Source of the DNA: an uncultured Acidobacteriota bacterium
GTDB lineage: Bacteria > Acidobacteriota > UBA6911 > CAINFC01
Direction of reading: 5' to 3'
Length of the DNA stretch: 64,000 nt
Assembly (NCBI GenBank): GCA_903847975.1
Contig: CAINFC010000005.1
Coordinates: 6,322-70,321, forward strand
Shown here piece by piece: positions 48,712-60,000 of this stretch. The notes beneath the pieces were generated by a model. The model was not told where the DNA came from, made no database searches, and worked only from the letters and a program-made list of their open reading frames with translations. Made by a program: the position numbers and the translations under genes. Position 1 is the first letter of the stretch; each line of letters begins with the position of its first letter.

Positions 48712-50931
48712 ATGAAAATCAGGACAGGGCGATTCAACTTAAGGCGATTTTCTTTGATCCTGGGATTTCTTTTCCTGGGCATTACCACGGCGGCGCTGCG
48801 CGGGCATTACGACCGGCAGAAACCGCTGGCCACCTCCGGAAAGAGCCCCAATGCGGGAACTGCCGTGCGCACCTTGCCGGCGGTCTACCACCCGCCCGAC
48901 TCGGTCACGGTCTCCATTGCGGTGTCCCCGGACGATGCCGTCAATGCCTACGCAGTCGAGGAGGTCCCTCCCGCGGGCTGGACGGTCAATGCCGTGGGGA
49001 GCGGCGGGGTCTGGGACAGCCTGAACTCCAAAGTCAAGTGGGGGCCCTTCTTCGACCATGTTGCGAGGGTTCTCACCTATAAAGTGACGCCGCCGAACGG
49101 AGAAACGGGCACGAAAAGCTTTGTGGGGCTGGCCAGCTTCGAAGGCGTGGAGGTGCCGGTCAGCGGTCACCTGAGCTTATCCTACGGGACGCTCACTACC
49201 AGCACGACCAGCACCACCAGCACCAGCACCACCAGCAGCTCTGTTCCGCCCGGCAGCAGCACCACCACCCTTCCACCTGCTCCTGTGGTCACCCAGGTCA
49301 GCCCGAATACCGGTTCGACCAGTCAGGTCACTGCGGTCACCATTTTCGGCGGCAACTTTTATTCCGGCGCGCAGGCTTCCATCGGAAGCACGCCGCTGAC
49401 CAGCGTGGTTATAAAAAGCAGCTTCCAGATCACGGCGACCGTTCCTGCCGGCCTGGCCGTCGGAATCTACAGCATACGCGTCTGTACCGCAGGCCGCTGC
49501 GGCACGCTGGCGGACAGTTTTGCGGTTACCGGCGTGGGGCCGATTTTGCAGAGCATCGAGCCGACCCAGGGCTTTAACAATGCGCCCAACGAGGTTCTCC
49601 TGCACGGCCAGAACTTCCAGTCGGACGTGTCCGCCACCATCGGTGGAGTGCCGTTGCAGAATATGAGCCGCATTGACGCCTCTCTCCTGCGGGCTTCGGT
49701 TCCGTCGGGGATGGCTGCCGGCAGCTACGACGTGGTGGCCCGTAACGGATCCTTTCCGCAGAGCAGCATACTGGCCGGCGGATATACGGTTCAGGATTTC
49801 CTGTCCGAGGACTGGTTCGCCAACCCGGAGGATATCTGGACGACTCCCTCCTCCGTTCGGCAGGGGGACACCATCACCCTGGGAGTGAATGTAAACCGCC
49901 AGGGAGGACTTTCGGCGCAAACGGTACAGGTGGCCTTTTACAAAGGAAATCCCTCCGTGGATGGAATCTTGCTGGGAACGGCGGTTTCCACCCTGGTTCC
50001 TGCCGGCGTGGGGGCGCGGGGAACAGCCGGACTCCCCTGGGCGCTGCAGGGGATCACGGATTCCGCCGATATTTATGTGCAGGTGGATGCAAACAACGCC
50101 GTCGTGGAAACCAGCGAGCAGAACAATCAGGCCCGCCGGGTCCTTGCGATTCTGCCCCCGGCTCCGGATCTCAGCGCTCCTTTGGTTACCGGCATGGCCA
50201 TTAATGGCGGTGCGGTCCTGACCGCCAATGCGGACGTGTCGGTGTCCCTCAGCGCCGTTGATGCCGGAGGCTCCGGCGTCCGGAACATGCTGCTGATCGA
50301 GCGGGCCTTCAACTCCGCGGCGCGGGAGTGGGTTGCGGCCCAGCGCACCGGATGGATCGCCTACCGGAGCCCGTACCCCCTGCGGCTCACTTCCGGTGGC
50401 GGTTTGCGCTATATACAGGCCTGGGTTGCCGACGGCGCCGGGAATATCTGTTCCGCACCTGGCGAGGCGCGGATCAACTACATCCCCTTGCCGGATACGG
50501 TTGCCGAGCAGCAGACGCGCATGTTCCGGTGGCCATTGAGCGCCGGTCAAACGCTGATCGCCACCCTGCTGACCCTCTCCGGAGACGCGGATCTCTATAT
50601 CTGGCCGCCCGGTTCGGCCTCTCCTCTCCTCAGCGATCTGTCCGGCATCGCCACCGACTCCTTGAGCCTGACGGCCTCCGTCGGCGGAGATTACCAGGTT
50701 GAGGTTTTTGGCTACCAGCATTCGCAGTTCCAGTTGACCCTGACGCAGGGTCGCGCGCCCACGGAAGCGGCTTCGAATGTCGGCAAGGCGATCGGGGGCG
50801 GCCGGGCTCCTTCCAAAGCGGCCCCTTCCCAGCCGGTGGTTTCCACCGGCAATACTCCCGCACAAAATAGTGCGGTTCCCAAAGCGCCTCTGAACGGATA
50901 TGCGCTTCTGCTTCCCCTGGTGATGCGATAG
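48712..50931 (+). CDS. Secreted IPT/TIG-domain surface protein with Ser/Thr-rich linker and N-terminal uncharacterised ~80-aa module
   Basis: Signal peptide FSLILGFLFLGITTAALRG. Module VEEVPPAGWTVNAVGSGGVWDSLNSKVKWGPFFD..LTYKVTPP. Linker TTSTTSTTSTSTTSSS. IPT/TIG-like repeats (VTQVSPNTGST..VTIFGGNF; ILQSIEPTQGFNN..VLLHGQNF). CARDB-like region. Hydrophobic C-terminus YALLLPLVMR. Confidence 0.55.
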   Translation: MKIRTGRFNLRRFSLILGFLFLGITTAALRGHYDRQKPLATSGKSPNAGTAVRTLPAVYHPPDSVTVSIAVSPDDAVNAYAVEEVPPAGWTVNAVGSGGVWDSLNSKVKWGPFFDHVARVLTYKVTPPNGETGTKSFVGLASFEGVEVPVSGHLSLSYGTLTTSTTSTTSTSTTSSSVPPGSSTTTLPPAPVVTQVSPNTGSTSQVTAVTIFGGNFYSGAQASIGSTPLTSVVIKSSFQITATVPAGLAVGIYSIRVCTAGRCGTLADSFAVTGVGPILQSIEPTQGFNNAPNEVLLHGQNFQSDVSATIGGVPLQNMSRIDASLLRASVPSGMAAGSYDVVARNGSFPQSSILAGGYTVQDFLSEDWFANPEDIWTTPSSVRQGDTITLGVNVNRQGGLSAQTVQVAFYKGNPSVDGILLGTAVSTLVPAGVGARGTAGLPWALQGITDSADIYVQVDANNAVVETSEQNNQARRVLAILPPAPDLSAPLVTGMAINGGAVLTANADVSVSLSAVDAGGSGVRNMLLIERAFNSAAREWVAAQRTGWIAYRSPYPLRLTSGGGLRYIQAWVADGAGNICSAPGEARINYIPLPDTVAEQQTRMFRWPLSAGQTLIATLLTLSGDADLYIWPPGSASPLLSDLSGIATDSLSLTASVGGDYQVEVFGYQHSQFQLTLTQGRAPTEAASNVGKAIGGGRAPSKAAPSQPVVSTGNTPAQNSAVPKAPLNGYALLLPLVMR

Positions 50932-51059
50932 ACCCGGGTGCCGGCAGCAGGAGTTCCAATCGAATTACCAGAGAGGTCCTGCGGAATGGAATCGGGTGGC
51001 AGGATCAGACGGTCACAGAATAGGAAACAGTATTGAAAGCAGCTGTGGAGACCAAGACG

Positions 51060-54000
51060 ATGAAACAGATTCGTTTCTTAGGGATTTGGATCGGTATTTG
51101 CTGTGCCTTGATTGCCCCGGGGTACGGGGAGGGGCCCAGTATCGATATGGCCGCGGAATATACTCTGTCACTTGGGCGTTGGGAACTGCCGCTGCAGGCC
51201 TCGGGCGGATCCGGAACCGGCTACGTCTGGAGCGTGGTCACCGGCTCGCTCCCTTCCGGTCTGGCTGTTCGGACCGATGTGCCCGGCTGGTTCCCTGCGG
51301 GGACCACTGCAGGGGTGATCGGGGTGGCCACGACCACCAGCACCACCACGGCAACGATTCAGGTGAAAGACAGCCTGAATGCCACCACCACCAAAACCAT
51401 CAGTTTTACTGTCGTCGCCCTTAATTCTGCGAGCAATTGGGAGCTGCCGGATGCTTCGGTCGGTGTAACCTACAGCTTCACGTTAGGGGTTGTCGGGGCT
51501 ACGTCCTCGGTGACCCGGTCGCTGGTCTCGGGAAACTCGCTTCCGCCCGGCCTCAGCCTTAACTCCACCAGCGGGGAGATATACGGTACTCCATCCACGG
51601 CCGGGACCTACGACTTCAATATTCAGTTCACCCAGGGAGCCTATTCCCTGCAGCGCACATTCCGGATTTTTGTGTCGAACCTGAATATATCCACGGGTGT
51701 GATCCTCCCGACGGCCACCGTCGGTGCCGGGTACAGCCAATCGATTACCGTATCGGGCGGCACGGCCCCCTATACATTTTCCTCCACCTGCTGTCTCCCG
51801 CAGACACTTTCCTTGAGCAGCGGAGGGGTTATTTCCGGGACGCCCGGCTGGCAGGATTTCAGCAGTCTGAATCTGTCGGTGGCCGATTCCGCAGGTGCGA
51901 CGGCCCGCAAGAAATTTGGCCTGACCGTTACCGGGACTCCCAGCCAGCTTCCCGGCATCAACCATCCACCCCTGCTCTCCGATGCCGAACTGGGGAGCTA
52001 TTATTCCGGCTCCATGGGCGGATTTCCCGGCAAGCCTTCTTCCACCTGGGAAGTGGCCAGCGGGTCGGCTTTGCCTGCCGGCTTCAGTGTGCTGGACCCC
52101 TCGCAGGATCCCTCGCATACCAATCCGGGACAGTTCAATTTCGGGGGAACCTCCTTACAGGTGGGAACCGCCGGCTTTACTGTCCAGTGTACGGATGGCT
52201 CGACACCGCCGGCGGTCACACGGCGGAGCTATTCCCTTCGCGTTTCGGAAATGGCCGTGGACAGCTTGCCGGGCGCCATGTTTAACGTCGCCTACAGCAG
52301 GCAGATTCGCGTGCTGGGTGGCACGGCCCCCTACGCCTTTACGATTTTCAAGGGAACCTACCCCTCCGGCATGACTATGAGTTCCAGCGGACTTCTGTCC
52401 GGTACTCCCCAGGAAACCGGATGGTTCGACCCGTGGGTGCAGATAACGGATTTCAACGGGAAGATATGGCTGCGGAGTCTGGGCGTGTATGTCAGCGCCG
52501 GTGCAACCAATATCTATATCAGGGCCGGGAGTCCGCTTCCCGATGCTTTCGTGAATCAGAGCTACAGCTTTCCTTTTACAGCCAGCGGCGGAAGCGCCTC
52601 TTATAACTGGACGATCCCGTCCGGCAGCCTTCCTGCCTGCCTGAGCCTGCTGAGCGGCGGCTCGCTGCCCTCCGGTTCGCCCGCCGGCTCTGCCGTGCTG
52701 ACCGGCACCTGCACCTCACCCGCCCAATATAGCTTTCTGCTTCGGGCGACCGACAGCTCCAACTCCGCCAATTTTGCCCAGCAGTTATTCCGGCTGCAGG
52801 TTACGCCGATTTACTATACCGGGCCCGGGCTGCTGCCCTACGGAAATGTCTCCACGGCCTTGAGCCGAAGCCTTTCGGTCGGCGGTGCCACCGGGACCGT
52901 CAACTACATCCTCCACCCGGACGACCTTCTGCCCCCGGGAATTGCTCTTTCGGGCAGCGGAATTCTTTCCGGGACACCCAGCTCCAGCGGGCGGTTCTGG
53001 TTCCGCGTCGTGGCTACGGACAGCCTCGGCAGTTCCGCCACCTTCTGGGTCAGCATCGACATTTACCCGGCCGGAGGCTACCCGCCCCTTCTGATCAATA
53101 CGTCTTCCAGTCAGGTTTATCAGCTGGGGCGGGTGCAACAGGCGCTTTCTGCCGAAGGCGGCTCCGGCGGATACATCTGGTCGATCGATCCGGGCGGTGG
53201 CTCTCTGCCGCCCGGGCTGAAAATCCGCACGGATATTCCTTCCGGATGGGCGTCCGGAACCACGGCGGGCATCATCGGTGTGGCCACCACCATCGGCACC
53301 TCTCTGGCGACTATCCGGGTCACGGACAGCGTCGGCAACACCACCACCCAGGCCTTCTATTTCAATGTCCTGGCGGTCAACAGCACCAGCAACTGGCAAT
53401 TGCCGGACGGATCGCTGGGCGTAGCCTACAGCTACATTCTGGGGGTGACCGGGAATACGGGTTCTGTGACCCGGGCGCTGCCCTCGGGGAACTCTCTTCC
53501 CCCGGGGCTCAGCCTGAATTCCGCCACCGGTGAGATATCCGGTACGCCGACCACGGCCGGTACCTACAATTTCAATGTGCAGTTCACCCAGGGGTCCTTC
53601 AGTTTTCAGCGCGGCTTTCAGATCACGGTGTCCAAGCTCCATATCTCCACGGCAGCGGAATTGCCAACGGGGACCGTCCATGCCGCCTACAATCAAACCG
53701 TCTCGGTAAGCGGCGGCACGCCGCCTTATACCTTTTCCACCGGCTGCTGCTGGCCGGGAGGTCTCTCCTTCAGCAGCAGCGGAGTGATCTCCGGAACGCC
53801 GAACGGCCAGACTTTCAACAATTTCCCGATTTATGTCACCGATTCGTCAGGAGCGACCGCCCGCAAGCAGTTCGCCATGACCATTACCGGATCGCCCGCG
53901 CAGCTGCCGGGCATCAACTATCCTTCCTTTTTTCAGGATGCAGAGCTGGGCTCTTATTATGCCGCCGCGGCGGCGGGATTCCCCGGGAAGCCGCCCTCCA

Positions 54001-57000
54001 CCTGGTCGCTGGCTTCCGGCTCCTCTTTGCCGGCCGGGTTTGCCGTGCTGACTCCCTCTCAATATACGTGGAACACATCGCCGGGGCAGTTCAATTTTGC
54101 CGGTACCGGAACGCAGGTTGGAAATTACAGTATCACCATGCAATGGACGGACAGCTCCGCGCCGGCGGCTTCCACCAGCCGGACCTTTGCGCTGCGGGTT
54201 TCCCCCCTGGCGGTCGACGGTCTGCCGAATGCGACCCTGGAAACTTCCTACAGCCGACAGATTCGCGTGCTGGGAGGGGATGCCCCTTATACCTTCACGC
54301 TCAAGCAGGGGGCCTTCCCGAACGGGCTGACCATGAGCTCTTCGGGGTTGCTGAGCGGCACGCCGCTGGAGACCGGCGGCTTCTCCCCCCTGGTCCTGGT
54401 GACCGATTCCAGCGGAAATTCCTGGCAGAGGAGCATGTATCTCTTTGTCAGCAACGGAACCGACGGCATCAACATCAACAACGGCAGTCCGCTTTCCAAT
54501 GCCCTGGTCAGCCAGAGCTACAGTAACACCCTCACGGCCGGCGGCGGCAGCGGGGCCTTTACCTGGACTCTGATTTCCGGCAGCCTGCCGCCGGGCATGA
54601 ACCTTTTAAGCGGAGCGACGCTGCCTGCCGGCGCTCCGGCCGGCTCAGCGGTGCTAAGCGGAACCTGCCCCACCGCCGGGCAATACAGCTTTACGCTGCG
54701 GGCTGCGGACAGTGCCAACGCCAGCGCCTTTGCCCAGCGGTTTTTCCGGCTGCAGGTCACGCCGGTCTCCTATAGCGGACCCGGGTCGCTGACTTTCGGC
54801 AACCTGTCTTCCTTTCTGTCGCGGCCTCTTTCCGTCAACGGTGCCATGGGAGCGGTGACCTACGCGGTGCATCCGGACGACATGCTGCCCCCGGGCCTGT
54901 CCCTGGCCGGCAGCGGCGTCATTTCCGGGACTCCCTCTTCCATCGGCCGGTTCTGGTTCCGGATCGTGGCCACCGATTCCGCCGGGTATTCCACGATCCT
55001 CAATCTCAATATCGACATTTACCCGGTCGGCGGATATCCTCCAATGCAAATTACTACCGGCGCGATGCAGAGCTATGGCCTGGGACGGGTGGAAGCCGCT
55101 CTCTCCGCCACCGGCGGAACCGGAACCGGCTATGTATGGACCTTGGATTCCGGGTCGCTTCCCGCCGGTTTGAAAATCCGGACCGATGTGCCCAACTGGT
55201 TTTCATCCGGCACTACCGCCGGAATCATTGGTGTGGCCACGACGGTCGGATCTTCCACGGCTACCATACGGGTGACCGACAGCGTGGGGAACAGTACGAC
55301 TTTAACGATGAATTTTTCGGTCTTTGCCCTGATGCCCACACGACGGTGGGATCTGACAGACGGTTCCGTCGGAGTGCCCTACGATTATCCTCTGGGAGTC
55401 ACCGGAAACGATGGCAGCGTCACTTTCAGCGTTGCCAGCGGGTCTTTGCCGCCGGGCCTCAACCTGAACGGACTGACCGGGCGCATCACCGGGACCCCGA
55501 CCACAGCGGGCTATTACAATTTCTACCTGAAATATTCCCAGACGAGCTTCAACCTGACCCGCTCCTACCAGATATATATATCGCCAATGGCCATCACCAC
55601 TCCGTCGCAGCTGCCGGCCGGGACCGTCTGGACATCCTACAGCCAGTCGGTCGGCGTTACGGGCGGCACCTCCCCTTACAATTACACCTTCGGCTGCTGC
55701 CTGCCCGGAGGCATTTCCGGCGATTCCGCCGGACTGCTCTCCGGAACGCCCGGTTCCGAAGCGAACAGCTCCTTCCGGGTAACCATCGGCGATTCCTCGA
55801 TTTATAAGGTGCGTCGAAATTTCAACCTGCGCGTCAATCACACACCGAGCGGATTGCCGGCGATCTCCACGGACAATCTCACCGGAGGGGAAGATTTATT
55901 TATAGGAGAGGCTCGCTGGGCTGCCGCCTATAGCTATGCCGGCAAGCCCACCGGCAGCTGGTCCCTGGCAACCGGTTCGACTTTACCGCCGGGCTTTGAA
56001 ATCCTGGATCCCGCCAGCTATCAAAATACCAACGAGAGCGAGATGCCCGTCGGCCAGCTGGTCATCGCGGGCAGCGGAACCCAGGCCGGCAGCTACCCGG
56101 TGACCTTGAGGTACACGGATGCTTCCGTGCCCCCGGTTACTACCAGCCGTTCGTATACGCTTCGAGTCTCCGCCTTGAATTCGGATGATCTACCCTACGG
56201 CTATTACGGAGTTCCCTATAGCCAGCAGATTCGGGTGCTGGGAGGAGTACCGCCCTATACTTTTGCCATTGTCGATCGGAATTTTCAAAAGGGATTGGCT
56301 ATGAATTCCACGGGCCTGGTTTCGGGAATACCTGCAGAGACCGGAAATTACAATCCCCTGATTCTGGTGACCGACAGTGCGGGCAATACCCTTCGGCGCA
56401 GCATTTATCTCTTCATCCACAGCGGCCCTACCGATCTCAATTTCAACAACGCCGGGATCAACAAGAGCGGCAATCCCCTGGCAAACGGGTTTGTCGGGTC
56501 CAGCTTCAACGTAAACTTGACCGCCTCGGGGGGGCCTGCTTCCTATACCTGGAGCGTGGAGTCCGGGGCTTTGCCTCCGGGCCTGACGCTGCTGAGCGGA
56601 ATCAATCTGCCGTCGGGTTCTCCGGCCGGATCCGCAGTGCTCACCGGGGTGCCGACGCTTGCCGGCATCTACGATTTCTCGCTGCGGGTGACCGATAGCA
56701 GCAACTCCGCTAACTTCGGGGTCCGCCTCTTCCGGATCCAGATCGGTCCCTTCCAGCTTTCCATCTCTACCCTTTTGCCCTGGACCAATGCAGGAAGCTC
56801 TTTCAGCCAGACGCTGGCAGTGACCGGTGCCAGCGGAACCGTTACCTGGGCCCTGAAATATAACAGTCTGCTGCCGCCGGGGCTGTCGCTCGCTCCGGAC
56901 GGGACGCTTGCGGGCTCTCCGACTACCACGGGCAGGTATTCCTTCACCCTGGTCGGAACCGACACCAACGGCATGTTCCGTACGTTCACCTTTACTCTCG

Positions 57001-60000
57001 ACGTCTACGCGGCCGGTACCTATCCGCCGCTTTCGATCACCACTGCACCGGATTTGGGCCGCATCCTGATGGGGACGCAGTCCATACAGATTGCCGCCTT
57101 CGGAGGGCAACCCCCCTATACTTTCTCGCTGGCCCCCGGCTCCGCTCCTTTACCGCCCGGATTCCGATTGCAGAGCGGGCCGCCGCTGCCTGCCCATTTC
57201 GCCTCAACCTCCCAGGCCGGTATTCTCGGGGTGGCGCTGGGCCCCGGAGTTTATTCGCCGACCATTCGGATGACCGATTCCACGGGAGCGAACTTCGACC
57301 GGACCTTTGCCCTGCGGATCGTCGGGGTGCTGTCCTCCATGAGCAATCCAGCCGAGGCAGCGATGAACGTCGCTTACAGCTACCAGCTGACTCCCAGCGG
57401 CGGAGTCGCACCGTTCACGTTCGCTCTGACCGGCTCCTCCGGATTGTTGCCGCCGGGGATTTCCCTCTCTGCCAGCGGTCTCCTTTCCGGCACGCCGACT
57501 GCGTCCGGCGCGTATCCTTTCACCGTGCGGATCACGGATAGCTCCGGCGACTATTGGGATTGGAGTCACACGCTTTCGGTCACCGCCCTGCGGTTGACCA
57601 ATTCCCTCAGCATGCCACGCCTGATGCCGGCAGGCACCCAGAATGCCGCCTATAGCCAGACTCTCACCGTTGCCGGCGGCACGCCGCCCTATACCTGGTC
57701 TGTGGTCTCCGGCAGCTCCATGCCCTCCGGGCTGAGCCTGAGCCCGGCGGGAGCCATCACCGGCACGCTCAGCACGGGCAACCGGACTTCGACTACCGTC
57801 AAGTTGACCGACTCGGCCGGGAACAGCCTGCAGCTGGCCTTGGGATTTCCTATCGTCAGTGCCAGCCTCTCGATGCCTTCCTTCAGCACCGGCAACGACC
57901 TCGGCGATTTTTCCGTGAACAATAACCTGGAGAGCGGCATTTCCGCCACCGGCGGAATTCCGCCCTACACCTATGCGGTGGAATCCGGTTCTACCTTGCC
58001 GGGCGGTCTGTTCCTGCGAACGGCCAGTTTGCTGGGGAACAACTACACGCCGCTGAGTGCTTTCCTCCAGGGGCGTACAACCACTCCCGGCAATTTCACT
58101 TTCACCCTGAGGGCCACCGACAGCGCCGGCAATTCCACCACCCGTGCATTCAGCATGCGTGTGGCCCGGCTGAGTACCCTCAATACGAGCATGCCCCTTT
58201 CCGGGAAACCTGCCATGGCCATCGGCACGCCGTTTACGGAAACCTTGCTCGGCGTGGGGGGAACTTCTCCTTATACCTGGAGCCCCTACCAGTTCCTGCC
58301 GGAAGGTCTGTCGCTGACAGCGGGCGGGGTTCTTTCCGGAACCCCGATGAACACGGGCTATTATTCCTTCGGGGTCAACCTCTCCGACTCGGCGGGAAAT
58401 ACCGCCGTACGGTATTTCAACGTCACGGTCGCCTCCGGTGCCGCCGGCACTTTGCGGATAGAAGCCGGACCGGACCTGGGCACCGCCAGTTTCGGCTATT
58501 CTTCCTTCTCGTTCACTTCCTCGGGCTCCGCCCTTGCCACGCCGAATTTCAGCTATTCGGTCGAATCGGGCTCCACGCTTCCGCCCGGACTGGCTTTGCT
58601 GAGCGGTTCGTCTTTGCCGGATGTCAGCTCCAATCCCACAACGACAGCCATTCTGGCCGGGTACCTGTCGACGCCCGGGACCTATAAATTCACTCTGAGG
58701 GTTACCGACAGCTCCGGGTACCTTGGCCTGCGGACCCTGACGCTCAAGGTCGTGCCGCTGGTATTCATCACCAATTCGCTTCCCCCGGCCACTACCCAGT
58801 CCGCCTATTATGCTCCGATCAAGCTGGCCGGCGGAACGGCGCCTTACACGATCAGCCTGGCTCCCGGCAGCCTGCCCCTGCCGCCCGGACTGAGCCTGAA
58901 CAGCTCCAATCAGATGGTCGGAACTCCGACGGTTCCCGGTGTCTATTCCTTTACGCTGATGGCCGGCGATGCTGCGGGAAACAGCATGCCGCGGAGCTTT
59001 ACCGTGAATGTCTCCTCCCTCCTGATTACCAATAATTCCATCCTGCCGCTCGCCGTGTACGGCCAGTCCTACGTTTTCAACTTGGCGGCCACGCGCTCCG
59101 GATCCTCGCCGGTCCTGTGGTCCGCCTCCAACCTCTGCTGCGGCCTATCCCTGGATCCCAACACAGGGGTCCTTTCCGGCACGATCAACTCCACGGTTTC
59201 CAATCGGGCGGTGACCGTTACGGCCCGATACGGTCCGTCGGGAAGCGCCGATTACTTCAGCAAGGTATTTTTGCTGAACATCCGCTATCCCTACCAGAGT
59301 CAGCTGGTGAACATTACGACCTCCCGCAGCATGAGTGACATTTCGGTCAACAGTTTTATTAATTACACGCTTTCGGCCAGCGGCGGCCTGCCGCCGTATA
59401 CCTGGTCCCTGGTCAGCGGATCGCTGCCTCCGGGACTGGCTCTGGGCCCGGCGGAAGAAGTCAACGGTACCCCGACCCCCAAAACAACCTTTCTGATGGG
59501 GGTGGCGACGACACCCGGCCTATACACCTTTACCCTGCGAGCCACGGATACCGCCGGTACTTTCTCGCAACGCACCTTCACCGTCGCGGTGACTCCCGTA
59601 TCCCTGGCGGGTTCCTCTCTCCGTCGAGCCATCTTCGGGCAGAGCTACGGCCAGCAGGTCGTGGCCGTCGGCGGTACTCCGCCCTATACCTATACGCTGC
59701 TGCCCTACAGCGCTGTGTATCCGATTCCTCCGGGCCTGACGATGAGCGGTACCGGGTTGCTGACGGGCACACCGTCCAACTCAGGCCTGTTCAGCATGCG
59801 GATTCAGGTCGGCGACAGTGCCGGCGCTTCTACGCAAAGGGCAGCTCTACTCTATATCGACACGGCCGGCCACGCTTTCCTCGATTGGGCAGGCAGCGGG
59901 GGATATGGCCCTTTGTCCGATGCCTCCCTGGGTGTCAATGCCGCCTACTACCTGTATCCAAACGCGGGGACTTCGCCGATCACTGCTGTCGTGGAGGCCG

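Noticed and set aside
50900-50931. C-terminal hydrophobic tail YALLLPLVMR of the IPT/TIG protein as a PEP-CTERM sorting signal
   Set aside because: There is no PEP motif and no basic cluster typical of PEP-CTERM. It is too short to call. It is left as a plain hydrophobic C-terminus.
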